The position numbers were made by a program, and so were the translations under genes. DNA of 64,000 nt from Candidatus Latescibacterota bacterium (GTDB lineage Bacteria; Latescibacterota; UBA2968; SICM01), in contig CBDCJO010000002.1 of assembly GCA_965217865.1 (NCBI GenBank), forward strand, positions 4,192,001 through 4,256,000. The letters run 5' to 3'. This document shows positions 42,055-52,962 of this stretch, one piece after another; the stretch's first letter is position 1; each line of letters begins with the position of its first letter. A model generated the notes under the pieces. The model was given only the letters and a program-made list of their open reading frames with translations, was not told the origin of the DNA and did not search any database.

Positions 42055-43031
42055 TCATCGAGCACCGAGGGACGCATATCCGCTTCGCTCCCAAATCTGC
42101 TCTGGGGGGTACTTGTAGAAGTCCAGCCAGGAGTCCTTCCCGTGCCGATTCGTGTATGCCTCACAGAGTCGGAATCCCAAAAAGTAGGCAAGTCGATCGA
42201 CGGCGCCGTCCCAAGGATAGACGTGCCACTGGTGGAACTTGCTTATCGTCTCCCAATCACATGAGCCGAGATCCGGAACCGCAGCTGACACTACCTCCCG
42301 CTCATGGGCTAGTGCCCATTTCCACGCTTCCTCGCTGAACGATATATGCTTCGGCGAAGAGCCGCGTCCCTCCCAGCATATCCGGTTCAGAAAGCAGCAG
42401 AATCCTTCCTCCACTATCGACCTGACGAGTGTTATCGGAACTGAGGGATGAGCCGTGTTGTAGACTTGATGGTTCAGCTCGTGCGGCAGCATGAACCTGA
42501 AATGCTCTTCCGGCTTTTCCCCAAGATTGGACAGATTTGCCCACATCGTACCTTGGGTCCCTCCAAGATCTCCGCCAGCCAAGTAAACCAGGTACCAGTC
42601 CCCATGGGGCTTGCGTCCCGTGGTCCGAATGAATATCTCAGCAACCTCGCTGAACATATCGGTGAAATTGAGCCGGAAAGGGAGTTGGAAGGCCGGGTTC
42701 CCGACATCAGAGATCTCGGGAATCCCCGTTTCGGCCCACTGGCGGAGGTTTTCCTCCCTGGGGAAGAGAAACTGCCATAGGTGAGGTGAATGGCCGGTAG
42801 GTGTCTACGACGAACTGGTGTGTTCGTCGAGCGAGGTCCTGACCATCAGTTCGCGCCACGGAGAGGATCTGCTCTTTCCAGACGTGGATGAGCCTCAGGC
42901 CGGTATTCGGAATGAATTCCTCAACTGCCGGCGATGCTTCCAGAATCCGGGTAGCTTCCTGCAGGCTCTGTGGAATCTGTGGTGCCAATGCCAGAACCTC
43001 ACTTTGGAGTCAGCAGTATGGGTTTGCTCAT
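42055..43031 (-). pseudogene. DUF2268-like putative Zn metalloprotease, frameshifted (first cassette)
   Basis: PHELNH, VEEG, AYFLGFRLC; several frame breaks upstream of 42700. Confidence 0.6.
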
Positions 43032-43048
43032 TTCACGGGCAGCATTTC

Positions 43049-43130
43049 TCATAACTTACGGTATTCCTGAACTCCTACGCAGATTCCATCATTTCGGCAC
43101 ATCTCCCGCCCTTCGCAGATACCTCCCCAC
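43049..43130 (-). other. Probable attI site
   Basis: GTTATGA core (43055-43049, minus) complementary to the end of cassette 1; no attC hairpin upstream; next to the integrase remnant; upstream boundary uncertain. Confidence 0.55.
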
Positions 43131-43207
43131 GAAGAACCAACCCGTATATGTTCGTAGATCCCTTGTTATTAGGAGAAATCGTTTTAGGACGAACCCACCT
43201 TTGACAA

Positions 43208-43343
43208 TTACATTATACTATCCAGAGCACTCTGAATCTTTCCGATATTTCGGGTTGTGACCCTGGGATAGATTTCGGTGGTCTTAGAACTCTTATCCTA
43301 ACAATTCTTGAATATAACGCAAATCCGTTCCACGTTCAAGCAA
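43208..43343 (-). pseudogene. C-terminal remnant of a tyrosine recombinase/integron-type integrase
   Basis: LLERGTDLRYIQELLG / frameshift / KSSKTTEIYPRVTTRNIGKIQSALD*; box II with the catalytic Tyr. Confidence 0.78.
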
Positions 43344-43576
43344 AGGCGCCTTCGAAACCCTGGCCTTTGGACGCTCCACACAGAATTTGGACACTCAGAA
43401 GCATTCAGGTCTTTATCGCATAAAAATAAACACACTTGCACGAACCCGGTCCATTTCCGTTGCAATTTAAGAGGGGTTTTCGCCAATCTCAATACGGACG
43501 CGAGTTTTGGTGGTAACCCCTCGTTTGTCATTGCTATGGATCGACTTTTGAGTTAGTATCCCTTTGTATAATTTTA

Positions 43577-44473
43577 GGTGATTGAGTAGATATTGGCACC
43601 AGCGTATATTAATAATATGCTGGTAATTAATCCACTTAAGTTAGCAAATGACTGCAAGATAAGTAGGGCCTATTTTCGTGCAGCCCGTTGGGGTGGAAAA
43701 AGGCGATGTCCAAGCTGCGATTATCAGCGCAGGTTGCCCTTATTAAAAGACGATCGGTTCAGGTGTTCACGGTGTGGATATCGGTTTAAAGATTTCACGG
43801 GCACTTATCTTGAAAGGCTTCGAATTTCATTTGACGAGCTTGCCCATTTACTTTATCTGTTTGTATTGGGAGTGCCCTCTTACCGATCCAGGCACTACCT
43901 GTCCGTATCGCTGAAAACGGCTCAGCGGATTTATACCACGTTTCGCCAGGCCATCTACGATCATAGCTTTACGGACCAGGTGCTTTGGGGTGAGATCGAG
44001 TTGGACGAGGCGATGTATGGAGGTCATCATAAGGGTAAGCGTGGATGGGGAGCAGCCGGAAAACACTTGGTTTTCGGGCTTTATCAGAGGAACGGAAAAG
44101 TCCTCACCTTTCCCATTCCGGATCGAAGTCGAAACACCCTTACACCGCTTGTGACCTCACACACCAAAGCAGGCAGTCTATACTACACCGATGACTGGCA
44201 CGCCTACACTTGGCTGTCAGTCAAAGGTGACCACGTGGTTGTTCGAAAAGAAGAAGGGGTGCCCAAAGGCAAAGGCCGACATCACATCAATGGCATCGAA
44301 GGCTTCTGGAGTTTTTCTAAAAATTGGCTATATCAATACAGAGGAATCCCTCGACATCATTTCCATTTATACCTGAAGGAAACAGAGTTCAGATTCAACC
44401 AGGAAGACGAGGATCTCTTCCCAATTATTGCTTCATATCTGGTGAATCTGGTACCAATATCTTCCTAATTACC
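43577..44473 (+). mobile_element. IS1595-family insertion sequence (transposase 43593-44468)
   Basis: IRs ggtgattgagtagatattggcacc / ggtaccaatatcttcctaattacc; 8-bp DR TAATTTTA; Zn ribbon, IELDEAMYGG, YYTDDW, HINGIEGFWS, YLKETEFRFN. Confidence 0.92.
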
Positions 44474-44642
44474 TAATTTTACAAGGTTTGGGAAACCTGC
44501 TACTACAAAATTTGGACATCTTTTGGGTCGTTAACTGTTGGTTTCCTTGAGTCGGTGCTCCACCGATAACCTTAATCTGGGGAAGACAGCAATAGAGCAC
44601 AAGTTTTACATCTATATAGGATTGGGGAAAGGGCTGAAAAAG

Positions 44643-46552
44643 ATGGGTGTCATGTCTGCCAGAGGAGCTTTTAAAGCGTTACTGTTCAATGTTTTTTTTC
44701 TTAATCTGCTATTAAATCCTGCCTTAGCGGACGACGAAAGTTCACAGTTAGTAGATGAGGATGAGTGGATCTTTGATCTCCCCCTGGAGGAGTTAGTAAA
44801 TGTACAAATTGTCTCGGCTGCAAAAACGTCCGAAAAAATTGAAGAAATCCCCGCCAGTGTTGTCCTGATAACGAGGGAAGAGATAGAATATTTCGGGTAT
44901 GCAACTTTGGCCGAATTGCTCGAACACATTCCGGGATTGTACCAGATCGATGACTACCAGGAAGGCTCTAAACTCGGTGTGCGGGGATTCTGGTCCGGTG
45001 TGCCAAAAAAAGTGATGATTTCCATTTTGTTTTCAACACTTCATACTACAAAACAGCCGGCATCGATGAGCCGTACAGTACATTACAAAGCTCACCTTCA
45101 CCTGGTGCTGTGGGTCTAAGCACAGGGAATAGGCTGGAAGACGAAGAAAAGTATCTCAAATTCTCCTGGGGTTATAAGAGCGTTTCAATCAACACCAGTT
45201 ACAGCCAGTCGAAAAAGGAATTCTTCTTTCCCCTACCGGCCGTTGTAGATGGGTCTTTGCGAAAAACTGAGGCCGTTAATATCTCTATCGGCACTCGAAA
45301 TCAGGTTTCTCAGCCGCTCACCCTAGAAGGACGATTTGTCTTTTCCACGAACAACGCCTCTCTAAAATACGACATCAGAAGACCGGGGTGGGTCGGAAAT
45401 CAAAACTGGAAATCCTCAGCTTACGAGTTTGAACTGAATGCTTTCTTTCAGCCAAATGAGCAGGTGAACGCAACTTTCGGTTTAAAAAACAGGTCTGTGT
45501 TCGATCTGTCTGATCGTTTTCACATACCTTCATCAGGTTTTCCAAGCACACAAAACGCGGCAAGACTTCTCGAAGATGGAGAGCAGATCCTTACGCAGGC
45601 GTTTTTCTCTCAGGTGAACGTTAGCCTTTCCAGTAATCTATTGCTGGTGGCTGGCCTCAGAATGGAAAGACAACTTCCGTACGGTTTGAGCGATTCAAAA
45701 GCGAGAGGGTTGCCTCAGTTCACGTTCGTGAGAGGTCGATTCGATAAGGACAAGGTCGCATTCATACCCAGAGCAGCAGCCATTTTCAAACAAAGCAGTA
45801 ACAACATCTTCAAAATGATGTATGGTGAGGCAATCAACCGGCCTTCCTTTTTGCAGAACATAACAAATACGCTTGACCCGGATCGAGATAGCCTGGAACC
45901 GGAGAAGATTCGGACCTTGGAGCTGAACTATATTTCTGTTTTAGCTAAGAAATACCGAGTGAATTTGAGCCTCTTCAGAAATTCCCTTACAAATCTGATA
46001 ACCCGTCAAGCATTGTTTGTCGACGGTGATTATGAGACGTTTTCGGATAACGGGGGCAGATTGGTTACCAAAGGGATTGAAATGACAGTTCGAGCCCGAA
46101 TCGCGGACAGGCTAACGCTTGAGCCTAGCGGCACCTTTCAGGCAACCCACGACGAAGATGCCGGCAACAGAAGTGTAGCTTATTCGCCCAATATACTTGC
46201 CTACCTGAAAGCCATTTACCGTATTTCAGAAAAAGCGAGTTTTTCTTTAACGAGCAATTATGTGGACGGTATGGAGCCATTCTATGACATTACCCTTGTT
46301 GATCCGACTCAGGGACCCGGCAGCGCCCTAAGGGGGAGAATAGGTGATAAGGTGGACGGTTACTTTACGCTGGGTACAAATTTCCGAATAGAAGACCTCT
46401 ACCTGAAAGGTTTATACCTCAACATAAGGGCCACAAACCTTCTGGATAAAACGATAAGGTATCCAAATTTCACAACCAATGCGTGGGCAGATAAAGGCAC
46501 ATTGGGCATAGGGAGATCCTTGTTCACCACTCTCGGTTGGAAATTCTGGTAA
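44643..46552 (+). pseudogene. TonB-dependent receptor, broken by a deletion/frameshift near 45010-45110
   Basis: DLPLEELVNVQIVSAAK...IPASVVLITREEI plug; LEPEKIRTLE; C-terminal LGWKFW. Confidence 0.8.
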
Positions 46553-46749
46553 GCAATCAACTGCGATGTGTTCCTCTAACATCAGAAAAGCTGTCTAGAA
46601 TCTGTTTGAAACCTACCGGTCAGCGATCTTAGTCCGCGCGGGTGGTGTCCAGCGGCATTCCCAACCGGAGGCGTCAGCCTGTGCGGGCTTGGTTTATGAG
46701 TTTTAGGGACTGGACACAGAGTTTGCGCCCAACACAGACACACGCTTGC

Positions 46750-47613
46750 CTGTTCGACGCCTTCGTCCAGACGGCTTCAGGTCAGAAGAAGCATGAGGGA
46801 ACGGGCCTGGGGCTGCCGATTAGCCAGCAGTTCGTCAGGCTGATGGGGGGGGAGTTGACGGCGAGCAGCGAGGTGGGCAAGGGATCCGTCTTCAGGTTCG
46901 ACATTCGGATGGGCATGGCGGAAGCGTCAGAGGTGCCTGTGGAACAGCCTGCACGGCGTGTGGTCGGTCTCGAGCCGGGCCAGCCGGTCTACCGCATCCT
47001 GGTGGTAGAGGATGTGTTTGAAAATCGAAAGCTGTTGCTGAATCTGCTGATCCCACTGGGGTTTGATGTTCGGGGAGCCGAGAACGGCCAGGAAGGGATT
47101 GAGGTGTGGGAAACGTGGGAGCCGCATCTGATCTGGATGGACATGCGGATGCCCGTGATGGACGGATACGAGGCGACAAGGCGAATTAAGGCGACACCAA
47201 AGGGACAGGACATTGTAATCGTTGCTTTAACGGCGAGTGCGTTTGAGGAGCAACGTCCTGAGGTAATGTCTGCAGGTTGCGATGGGTTTGTTCGGAAACC
47301 GTATCGGGAGCAAGAGATTGTCGAGGTGATGGCGAAACATCTGGGGGTCCGGTTTCTGTATGATCGGGAGGCCGAACCGGAATTGGAACGATCCGCCCAG
47401 AAGGCCCTTACAAGGGAGGCGTTGTCGGGTGTATCCGCTGTTTGGACGGCCGAGGTGCACCGTGCGGCCACGCAGGCGGATGGGGAGATGATTCACAGCC
47501 TGGTCGGAGAGATCGAAGGGGAGCACGAGCCAGTGGCCAGCGCCTTAAGAAATCTGGCCGACACATTCAGGTTTGACGAAATTATGGCTTTGACCGGACC
47601 TGAAGAGGTTTGA
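46750..47613 (+). pseudogene. C-terminal fragment of a hybrid histidine kinase (end of HATPase plus receiver)
   Basis: EGTGLGLPISQQFVRLMGG, ILVVED, IWMDMRMPVMDG, FVRKP; H-box and sensor absent. Confidence 0.82.
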
Positions 47614-47760
47614 CAAAAGGACTCAGACTGTTCGGCAAATGAAGATTGTGCATCTTGCGATGTCCCTATAACCTAGAGACGGCGCCGGGGGATTTTCTCC
47701 CAAGGACGCTTCCGCTGGCTGAAACTCATTTCGGATCTCCTTGATAATTATGGAGCTTGA

Positions 47761-49365
47761 ATGCAATATCATTCGTGGCCGTTGGTCATCATCGCCATCC
47801 TGATCCTGTCCGATTGTTCGGAGAGAACGAATACTGATCGCGTCCTGGTGATGGGACGCGGGGGGGATTCGGTGGGCCTCGACCCCGCCCTCGAGGATGA
47901 TGGGGAATCCTTCAAAGTGTGCGACAACATCTACGATACCCTCGTCGGCTACAAGCAGGAGACAACCGAGCTGCAACCCGGTCTGGCCGAGTCCTGGGAA
48001 GCCTCCCGGGACGGCCTGACGTGGACCTTCCATCTTCGAAAAGACGTTAAATTCCACGATGGGTCCGACTTCAACGCGGAAGCCGTCGTCTTCTCCATGA
48101 AGCGGCAATATGTGAAGGATCACCCCGCCCACAAAGTGGAAGGGACATTCAAATACTGGAAAGCCATGGGGATGAGCGATATCGTCAAAGACATCCGGGC
48201 CACGGATCCGCACACCCTTGTCATCGAGTTGAAACAGCCGAACGCCCCATTCCTGTCCAACCTGGCCATGAACTTTTGTTCCATCGTCAGCCCCACAGCC
48301 GTCCGGAAATATGGCGTGGACTTTTTTAAAAATCCCGTCGGAACCGGACCTTTTCGCTTCAAGACATGGATCAAAGACGATCGGATCGTCCTGGAGCGTA
48401 ACCCGGGCCACTGGCGGGGGAACCCCAGGCTTGAACGGTTGATATTCCGGAGCATCCCGGACCAGTCTGTCCGGCTGCTTGAACTGAAAAAAGGCACCAT
48501 AGACGGAATGGACAACCTGCACCCCGACTTCCTGTCTGAAATTCAGGGAGACCAAAATTTGAGGTTCGTCTCGCAGCCTGGCATGAACGTGGGATACCTT
48601 GCTATGAACACCGATGTTCCTCCGTTTAACGACGTACGGGTGCGGCGGGCCCTGAACCACGCCATCAACCGCCGTTCACTCGTCGACAATCTCTTTCAAG
48701 GCCTGGCCGAACCGGCAAAAAATCCGATCCCCCCGACCATGTGGAGCTACAACGACGATGTTCAGGATTATGAATATGACCCGGGGAGGGCTAAAAAGCT
48801 TTTGTCGGAAGCCGGATATCAAAACGGGTTTCAGACGGAACTCTGGACCATGTCGGTCCCCCGCCCCTACATGCCCCATCCCCTCAAGATCGCCCAGGCC
48901 ATTCAGGCGGATCTGGACGCAGTAGGAATCCAGGCCAAAATTGTTACTTGGGAATGGGGCACGTACCTGAACAAGGTGGAGAACGGAGAACACCCCATGG
49001 CCCTCCTTGGATGGATAGGCGACAACGGGGACCCGGACAACTTCCTGTACGTCCTCCTCGATAAAAGCGTGGCAACGTCCCGGCCGTCCCAGAACATCGC
49101 TTTCTATCGAAGCGATGAACTGCACGAAGTCCTGATCGAGGCACGCCGCGTGACCGACCAGGACCGCCGTACGGCCCTCTATCGGAAAGCCCAGGAGATC
49201 GTACACCGCGATGCGCCATGGGTCCCCCTCGTCCACACCACGCAGACCGCCGCCCTGCAAGCCGGGGTACGAGGTTTCCACCTCCACCCCACCGGACGCT
49301 TCTGGTTTTTTGAGACCGAAAAAGTGGCGGACATTTCGACATCTATTGCGCCCGCAACGAATTAA
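47761..49365 (+). CDS. dppA: Dipeptide ABC transporter substrate-binding protein
   Basis: LAESWEAS..GLTWTFHLRKDVKFHDG, PVGTGPF, GWIGDNGDPDNF. Confidence 0.9.
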   Translation: MQYHSWPLVIIAILILSDCSERTNTDRVLVMGRGGDSVGLDPALEDDGESFKVCDNIYDTLVGYKQETTELQPGLAESWEASRDGLTWTFHLRKDVKFHDGSDFNAEAVVFSMKRQYVKDHPAHKVEGTFKYWKAMGMSDIVKDIRATDPHTLVIELKQPNAPFLSNLAMNFCSIVSPTAVRKYGVDFFKNPVGTGPFRFKTWIKDDRIVLERNPGHWRGNPRLERLIFRSIPDQSVRLLELKKGTIDGMDNLHPDFLSEIQGDQNLRFVSQPGMNVGYLAMNTDVPPFNDVRVRRALNHAINRRSLVDNLFQGLAEPAKNPIPPTMWSYNDDVQDYEYDPGRAKKLLSEAGYQNGFQTELWTMSVPRPYMPHPLKIAQAIQADLDAVGIQAKIVTWEWGTYLNKVENGEHPMALLGWIGDNGDPDNFLYVLLDKSVATSRPSQNIAFYRSDELHEVLIEARRVTDQDRRTALYRKAQEIVHRDAPWVPLVHTTQTAALQAGVRGFHLHPTGRFWFFETEKVADISTSIAPATN

Positions 49366-49821
49366 AGCCGGATAACAGCTTTTTTCATGGCCTTGCCACT
49401 CGGCGTGACTCGGCACTACACGGCGTACCTGAGCGCCATTCTTCGTTCTGATGGTCAATATTTGGTCACCGAAAAGAGGAACCCAGCTTCTCGTTACTGC
49501 CTCACGGGAAACGGGGCGATTTTGGTAGTGTCCTAATTTCCCTTGACCGATTCAGGCTCAGTTGCCGATATTAGGGGGTGGTCAATTGAATCCGGAGAGC
49601 TGTGAATACTATATGAAGTATTCATCTTGGATAGATTGGTAACCTTCTCTGCTCTTTTCTTTCTCGCTTTGGCGTATGGTTTTTTGTCGCTCACAAAAGA
49701 GACTATGGAGTCGGACTGATCGGCATAGCTTGCTTTTTCCTAATTATGGGCGTACTGTTAAGATTGCTGTGTTTGTGGTTTTCTTTCAGGCTGTCTAATT
49801 ATATTGTGAACAAACGGAAAG

Positions 49822-50922
49822 GTGGCAATGGCAAAGATAAGTTTTCCAAATCGTGGTGAATTTAACAAGACTTTACAGAGTCGAGTCGAGCAGTATTTTA
49901 CAGAGCGAGGTTTATCGAAATATGGAGATTGGCGCATGCTTTCGAAGACGGCCATTATTCTGCCATGGCTGGTGGTCTCCTACGTATTGTTAGTGTTTTT
50001 TTCCACCTCTCTCCTCATGGCCGCCATCACGGCATTTGCAGTATGTCAGGGCTTTGTGCTGATCGGCTTTAATATCATGCACGACGGGAATCACGGCAGC
50101 TATTCAAGAAGCAAACGCATCAATCGAGTTATGGGCTTAACTTTGGATTTAATCGGCGGAAGCAATTTGCTGTGGCGACAAAAGCACAATATTTTACATC
50201 ACACATACACCAACATCGACCAGTTGGATGACGATCTTCATACATCCGGATTGCTGCGCTTGAGCCCCAATCAACGATGGCGTCCGTGGCATCGCTTTCA
50301 ACACTTATATGCGTTTCCGGTCTATAGTTTTTTAACGCTATCGTGGGTCACTTACAACGATTTCAGGAAATTTTTCGGGCGCCGTATCGGAGCGTATGAC
50401 CTTCGCAAGGTATCTGCCTCGGATGCCACCCTGTTTTTTCTGGCCAAGCTTTTCTACTTCGGGTATATGATTGCACTTCCCCTGTTTTTTCATCCGTTTC
50501 TGCATGTGCTTGTCACCTTTGTGTCGATTCATTTAGTGTTAGGCTTTACGCTTTCTATCATCTTTCAATTGGCGCATAGTCTGGAAGGGAACACATTTCC
50601 GAGCCCAGATGCTGATACTGGCCTTATCGATAATGAATGGGCTATTCATCAGGTTGAAACGACCGCAAATTTTGCCCCGAAAAACTGGATATTAACCAGG
50701 TATCTGGGAGGTCTGAATTTTCAAATCGAACACCATCTTTTTCCAAAAATCTGTCATATCCATTATCCGGAGGTTAGCAGAATTGTAGAAGAGAACTGTC
50801 GCTCCTTTTCAGTTTTGTACGTCAGTTTTCCGACAGTCAGATCTGCCATCGCAGCCCATCTTCGATTTCTAAGGACGCTTGGAACACCCCCGACAATCAC
50901 GCCTCGAAATAATCTCCATTAG
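49822..50922 (+). CDS. Membrane fatty-acid (acyl-CoA) desaturase
   Basis: His boxes HDGNH, HNILHH, QIEHH. Confidence 0.92.
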   Translation: MAMAKISFPNRGEFNKTLQSRVEQYFTERGLSKYGDWRMLSKTAIILPWLVVSYVLLVFFSTSLLMAAITAFAVCQGFVLIGFNIMHDGNHGSYSRSKRINRVMGLTLDLIGGSNLLWRQKHNILHHTYTNIDQLDDDLHTSGLLRLSPNQRWRPWHRFQHLYAFPVYSFLTLSWVTYNDFRKFFGRRIGAYDLRKVSASDATLFFLAKLFYFGYMIALPLFFHPFLHVLVTFVSIHLVLGFTLSIIFQLAHSLEGNTFPSPDADTGLIDNEWAIHQVETTANFAPKNWILTRYLGGLNFQIEHHLFPKICHIHYPEVSRIVEENCRSFSVLYVSFPTVRSAIAAHLRFLRTLGTPPTITPRNNLH

Positions 50923-51036
50923 TCGCATATAATTGTCGTTGTTTCCTCTTCGGCTTATTCCTTTTGGGACCGAAAAGGGGACTCCGGGATCATAAGTTTT
51001 TCTTCTGTATTCTGTCTCCTGTATTCTATAATCCCA

Positions 51037-52041
51037 TTGCCTTCTTTCATCCTCCATCGATTCCTCTCGCTCATTCCAACCCTGTTGGGAATCATCGTCG
51101 CAGTCTTCCTCATGGTCCATCTTGTTCCGGGCGATCCTGCACAGGTGATGCTGGGTGAGCGGGCGAGCGCGCAAAGCCTTGCAGAAGTCCGTGCCGAGAT
51201 GGGACTCGACCAGCCCCTCCACGTCCAGCTCGGGCGATTTCTTTCCGGCCTGGCAAAAGGCGATCTTGGACGGTCGATCAAGACGCACGAGCCGATCTGG
51301 GACGAACTGAAAACACGATTTCCGGCCACCGTCGAGCTTGCCCTCGCGAGTATGCTGTTCGCTTCGGTCTTCGGCATTACGGCAGGGGTGTTTTCCGCCA
51401 TACGGCGGGGATCGGCCATCGATTACACAGGAATGACCGCATCGCTGGTCGGTGTCTCCATGCCGATCTTCTGGCTTGGCCTGATCCTCATCCTCATTTT
51501 CTCCGTGAAGCTCGGCCTCTTTCCGATCTCGGGCCGGATCGATCCCCACGCCTTCGTCTCCCCAACAACTGGATTTCTGTTGATCGACAGCCTGCTTACC
51601 GGAAATCTCCGCGTCTTCGGGGATACCCTCCGTCATCTCGTCCTCCCGGCCGTGACCCTCGGGACCGTTCCGATGGCCGTCATCTCCAGGATGACACGAT
51701 CCAGCATGCTCGAAGTCTTGCACGAGGACTATATCAGAACCGCCCAGGCGAAGGGATTATCCGAATGGGCGACCGTCTCAAGGCACGCCATGCGCAACAG
51801 TTTTATCCCGGTGCTTACGGTCATGAGCATGGAGTTCGGCTACCTCCTCGGAGGGGCCGTAATCACCGAGACGATCTTTGCGTGGCCCGGTGTGGGACGT
51901 TGGCTACTCCTGGCCGTGGAAGCAAGGGACTTCCGGGCGGTGCAGGGCGGTGTCCTCCTTCTGTCAACCGTCTTTATCCTGATCAATCTCGTCGCAGATG
52001 TACTGTATGCCTGGCTGGATCCCAGGATCAAGTATCAATAA
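51037..52041 (+). CDS. dppB: Dipeptide ABC transporter permease
   Basis: PGDPA, FPATVEL, DYIRTAQAKG, DPRIKY. Confidence 0.9.
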   Translation: MPSFILHRFLSLIPTLLGIIVAVFLMVHLVPGDPAQVMLGERASAQSLAEVRAEMGLDQPLHVQLGRFLSGLAKGDLGRSIKTHEPIWDELKTRFPATVELALASMLFASVFGITAGVFSAIRRGSAIDYTGMTASLVGVSMPIFWLGLILILIFSVKLGLFPISGRIDPHAFVSPTTGFLLIDSLLTGNLRVFGDTLRHLVLPAVTLGTVPMAVISRMTRSSMLEVLHEDYIRTAQAKGLSEWATVSRHAMRNSFIPVLTVMSMEFGYLLGGAVITETIFAWPGVGRWLLLAVEARDFRAVQGGVLLLSTVFILINLVADVLYAWLDPRIKYQ

Positions 52042-52053
52042 CGGGAGATAGAG

Positions 52054-52962
52054 ATGACGCCCAATGATCCGAAAGAGCGGAGGATGGGGGGAACCGGGGA
52101 GGGCGGAAAAGGAGCTCCCTCCCCACGCCCTCACGCTCTCCTACTCCTCTGGCGCAGGATGCGTAGGAATCGCCTTTCCCTGGCCGGGGGGCTCCTGCTC
52201 CTTCTCTTCCTGGGTGTTGCGGCCTTCGCGCCTTGGATCGCCCCGATGGATCCCCATTCACAGGACCTTTATGGCCGGCTTTCTCCGCCATCTCTGAAGA
52301 ACTGGTTCGGAACGGATGATTTTGGCCGGGATATACTGAGCCGGATCATCTACGGATCACGCATCTCCCTCCGGGTTGGAGTGGCAGCCGTGGCCATCGC
52401 CCTTTTAATCGGCACGTTCATCGGCCTGATCGCAGGCTACTGGGGAGGCATTCTCGACAACCTTTTGATGAGGTTCATGGACATGATGCTCGCTTTTCCC
52501 AGCATCCTTTTGGCCATCGTCATCGTGGCCATACTCGGTCCGGGCCTTGCAAACGCGATGCTCGCCATAGGAATCGTCTCTATTCCGAAGTATGCCCGTC
52601 TGGTGCGTGCTTCTGTCCTTTCCATCCGTGAGAAGGACTACGTTGCCGCGGCACGTGCCCTTGGGGCCGGAGATGCACGGATCATCCTGACCGCGATTCT
52701 TCCAAACTGCATCGCCCCGCTCACTGTCCAATCAACTCTCGGCATGGCCAGCGCCATCCTTGATGCGGCCGGACTCAGCTTCCTTGGGTTAGGGGCGCAA
52801 CCCCCAATCCCGGAATGGGGGGCCATGTTGAGCGGAGGGCGGGACTTTATCACGAAGGCCCCCTGGGTACTGACCTTTCCGGGCCTCGCGATCCTGCTCA
52901 CGGTTCTCTCCTTCAATATGCTGGGGGATGGCCTTCGAGACGCCCTGGATCCGAAGGGTTAG
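52054..52962 (+). CDS. dppC: Dipeptide ABC transporter permease
   Basis: FGTDDFGRD, YVAAARALGA, LSFLGLG..PEWG, GDGLRDALDP. Confidence 0.9.
   Translation: MTPNDPKERRMGGTGEGGKGAPSPRPHALLLLWRRMRRNRLSLAGGLLLLLFLGVAAFAPWIAPMDPHSQDLYGRLSPPSLKNWFGTDDFGRDILSRIIYGSRISLRVGVAAVAIALLIGTFIGLIAGYWGGILDNLLMRFMDMMLAFPSILLAIVIVAILGPGLANAMLAIGIVSIPKYARLVRASVLSIREKDYVAAARALGAGDARIILTAILPNCIAPLTVQSTLGMASAILDAAGLSFLGLGAQPPIPEWGAMLSGGRDFITKAPWVLTFPGLAILLTVLSFNMLGDGLRDALDPKG

Larger units (their letters stand above)
31258..43055 (-). mobile_element. Integron-type gene cassette array
   Basis: attC-like hairpins at 31258-31398, 32036-32127, 32774-32929, 33691-33777, 34584-36299 (split by IS110), 37043-37170, 37850-38011, 39441-39579, 40134-40301, 40938-41035 and 41942-42020; about one gene per interval; start and end cores of most cassettes are complementary. 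Confidence 0.88.

Noticed and set aside
47623-49458. Long antisense ORFs opposite dppA (similar ones oppose dppB, the TPR gene and a GT2)
   Set aside because: Expected from GC3 bias of the sense genes; no recognisable motifs.
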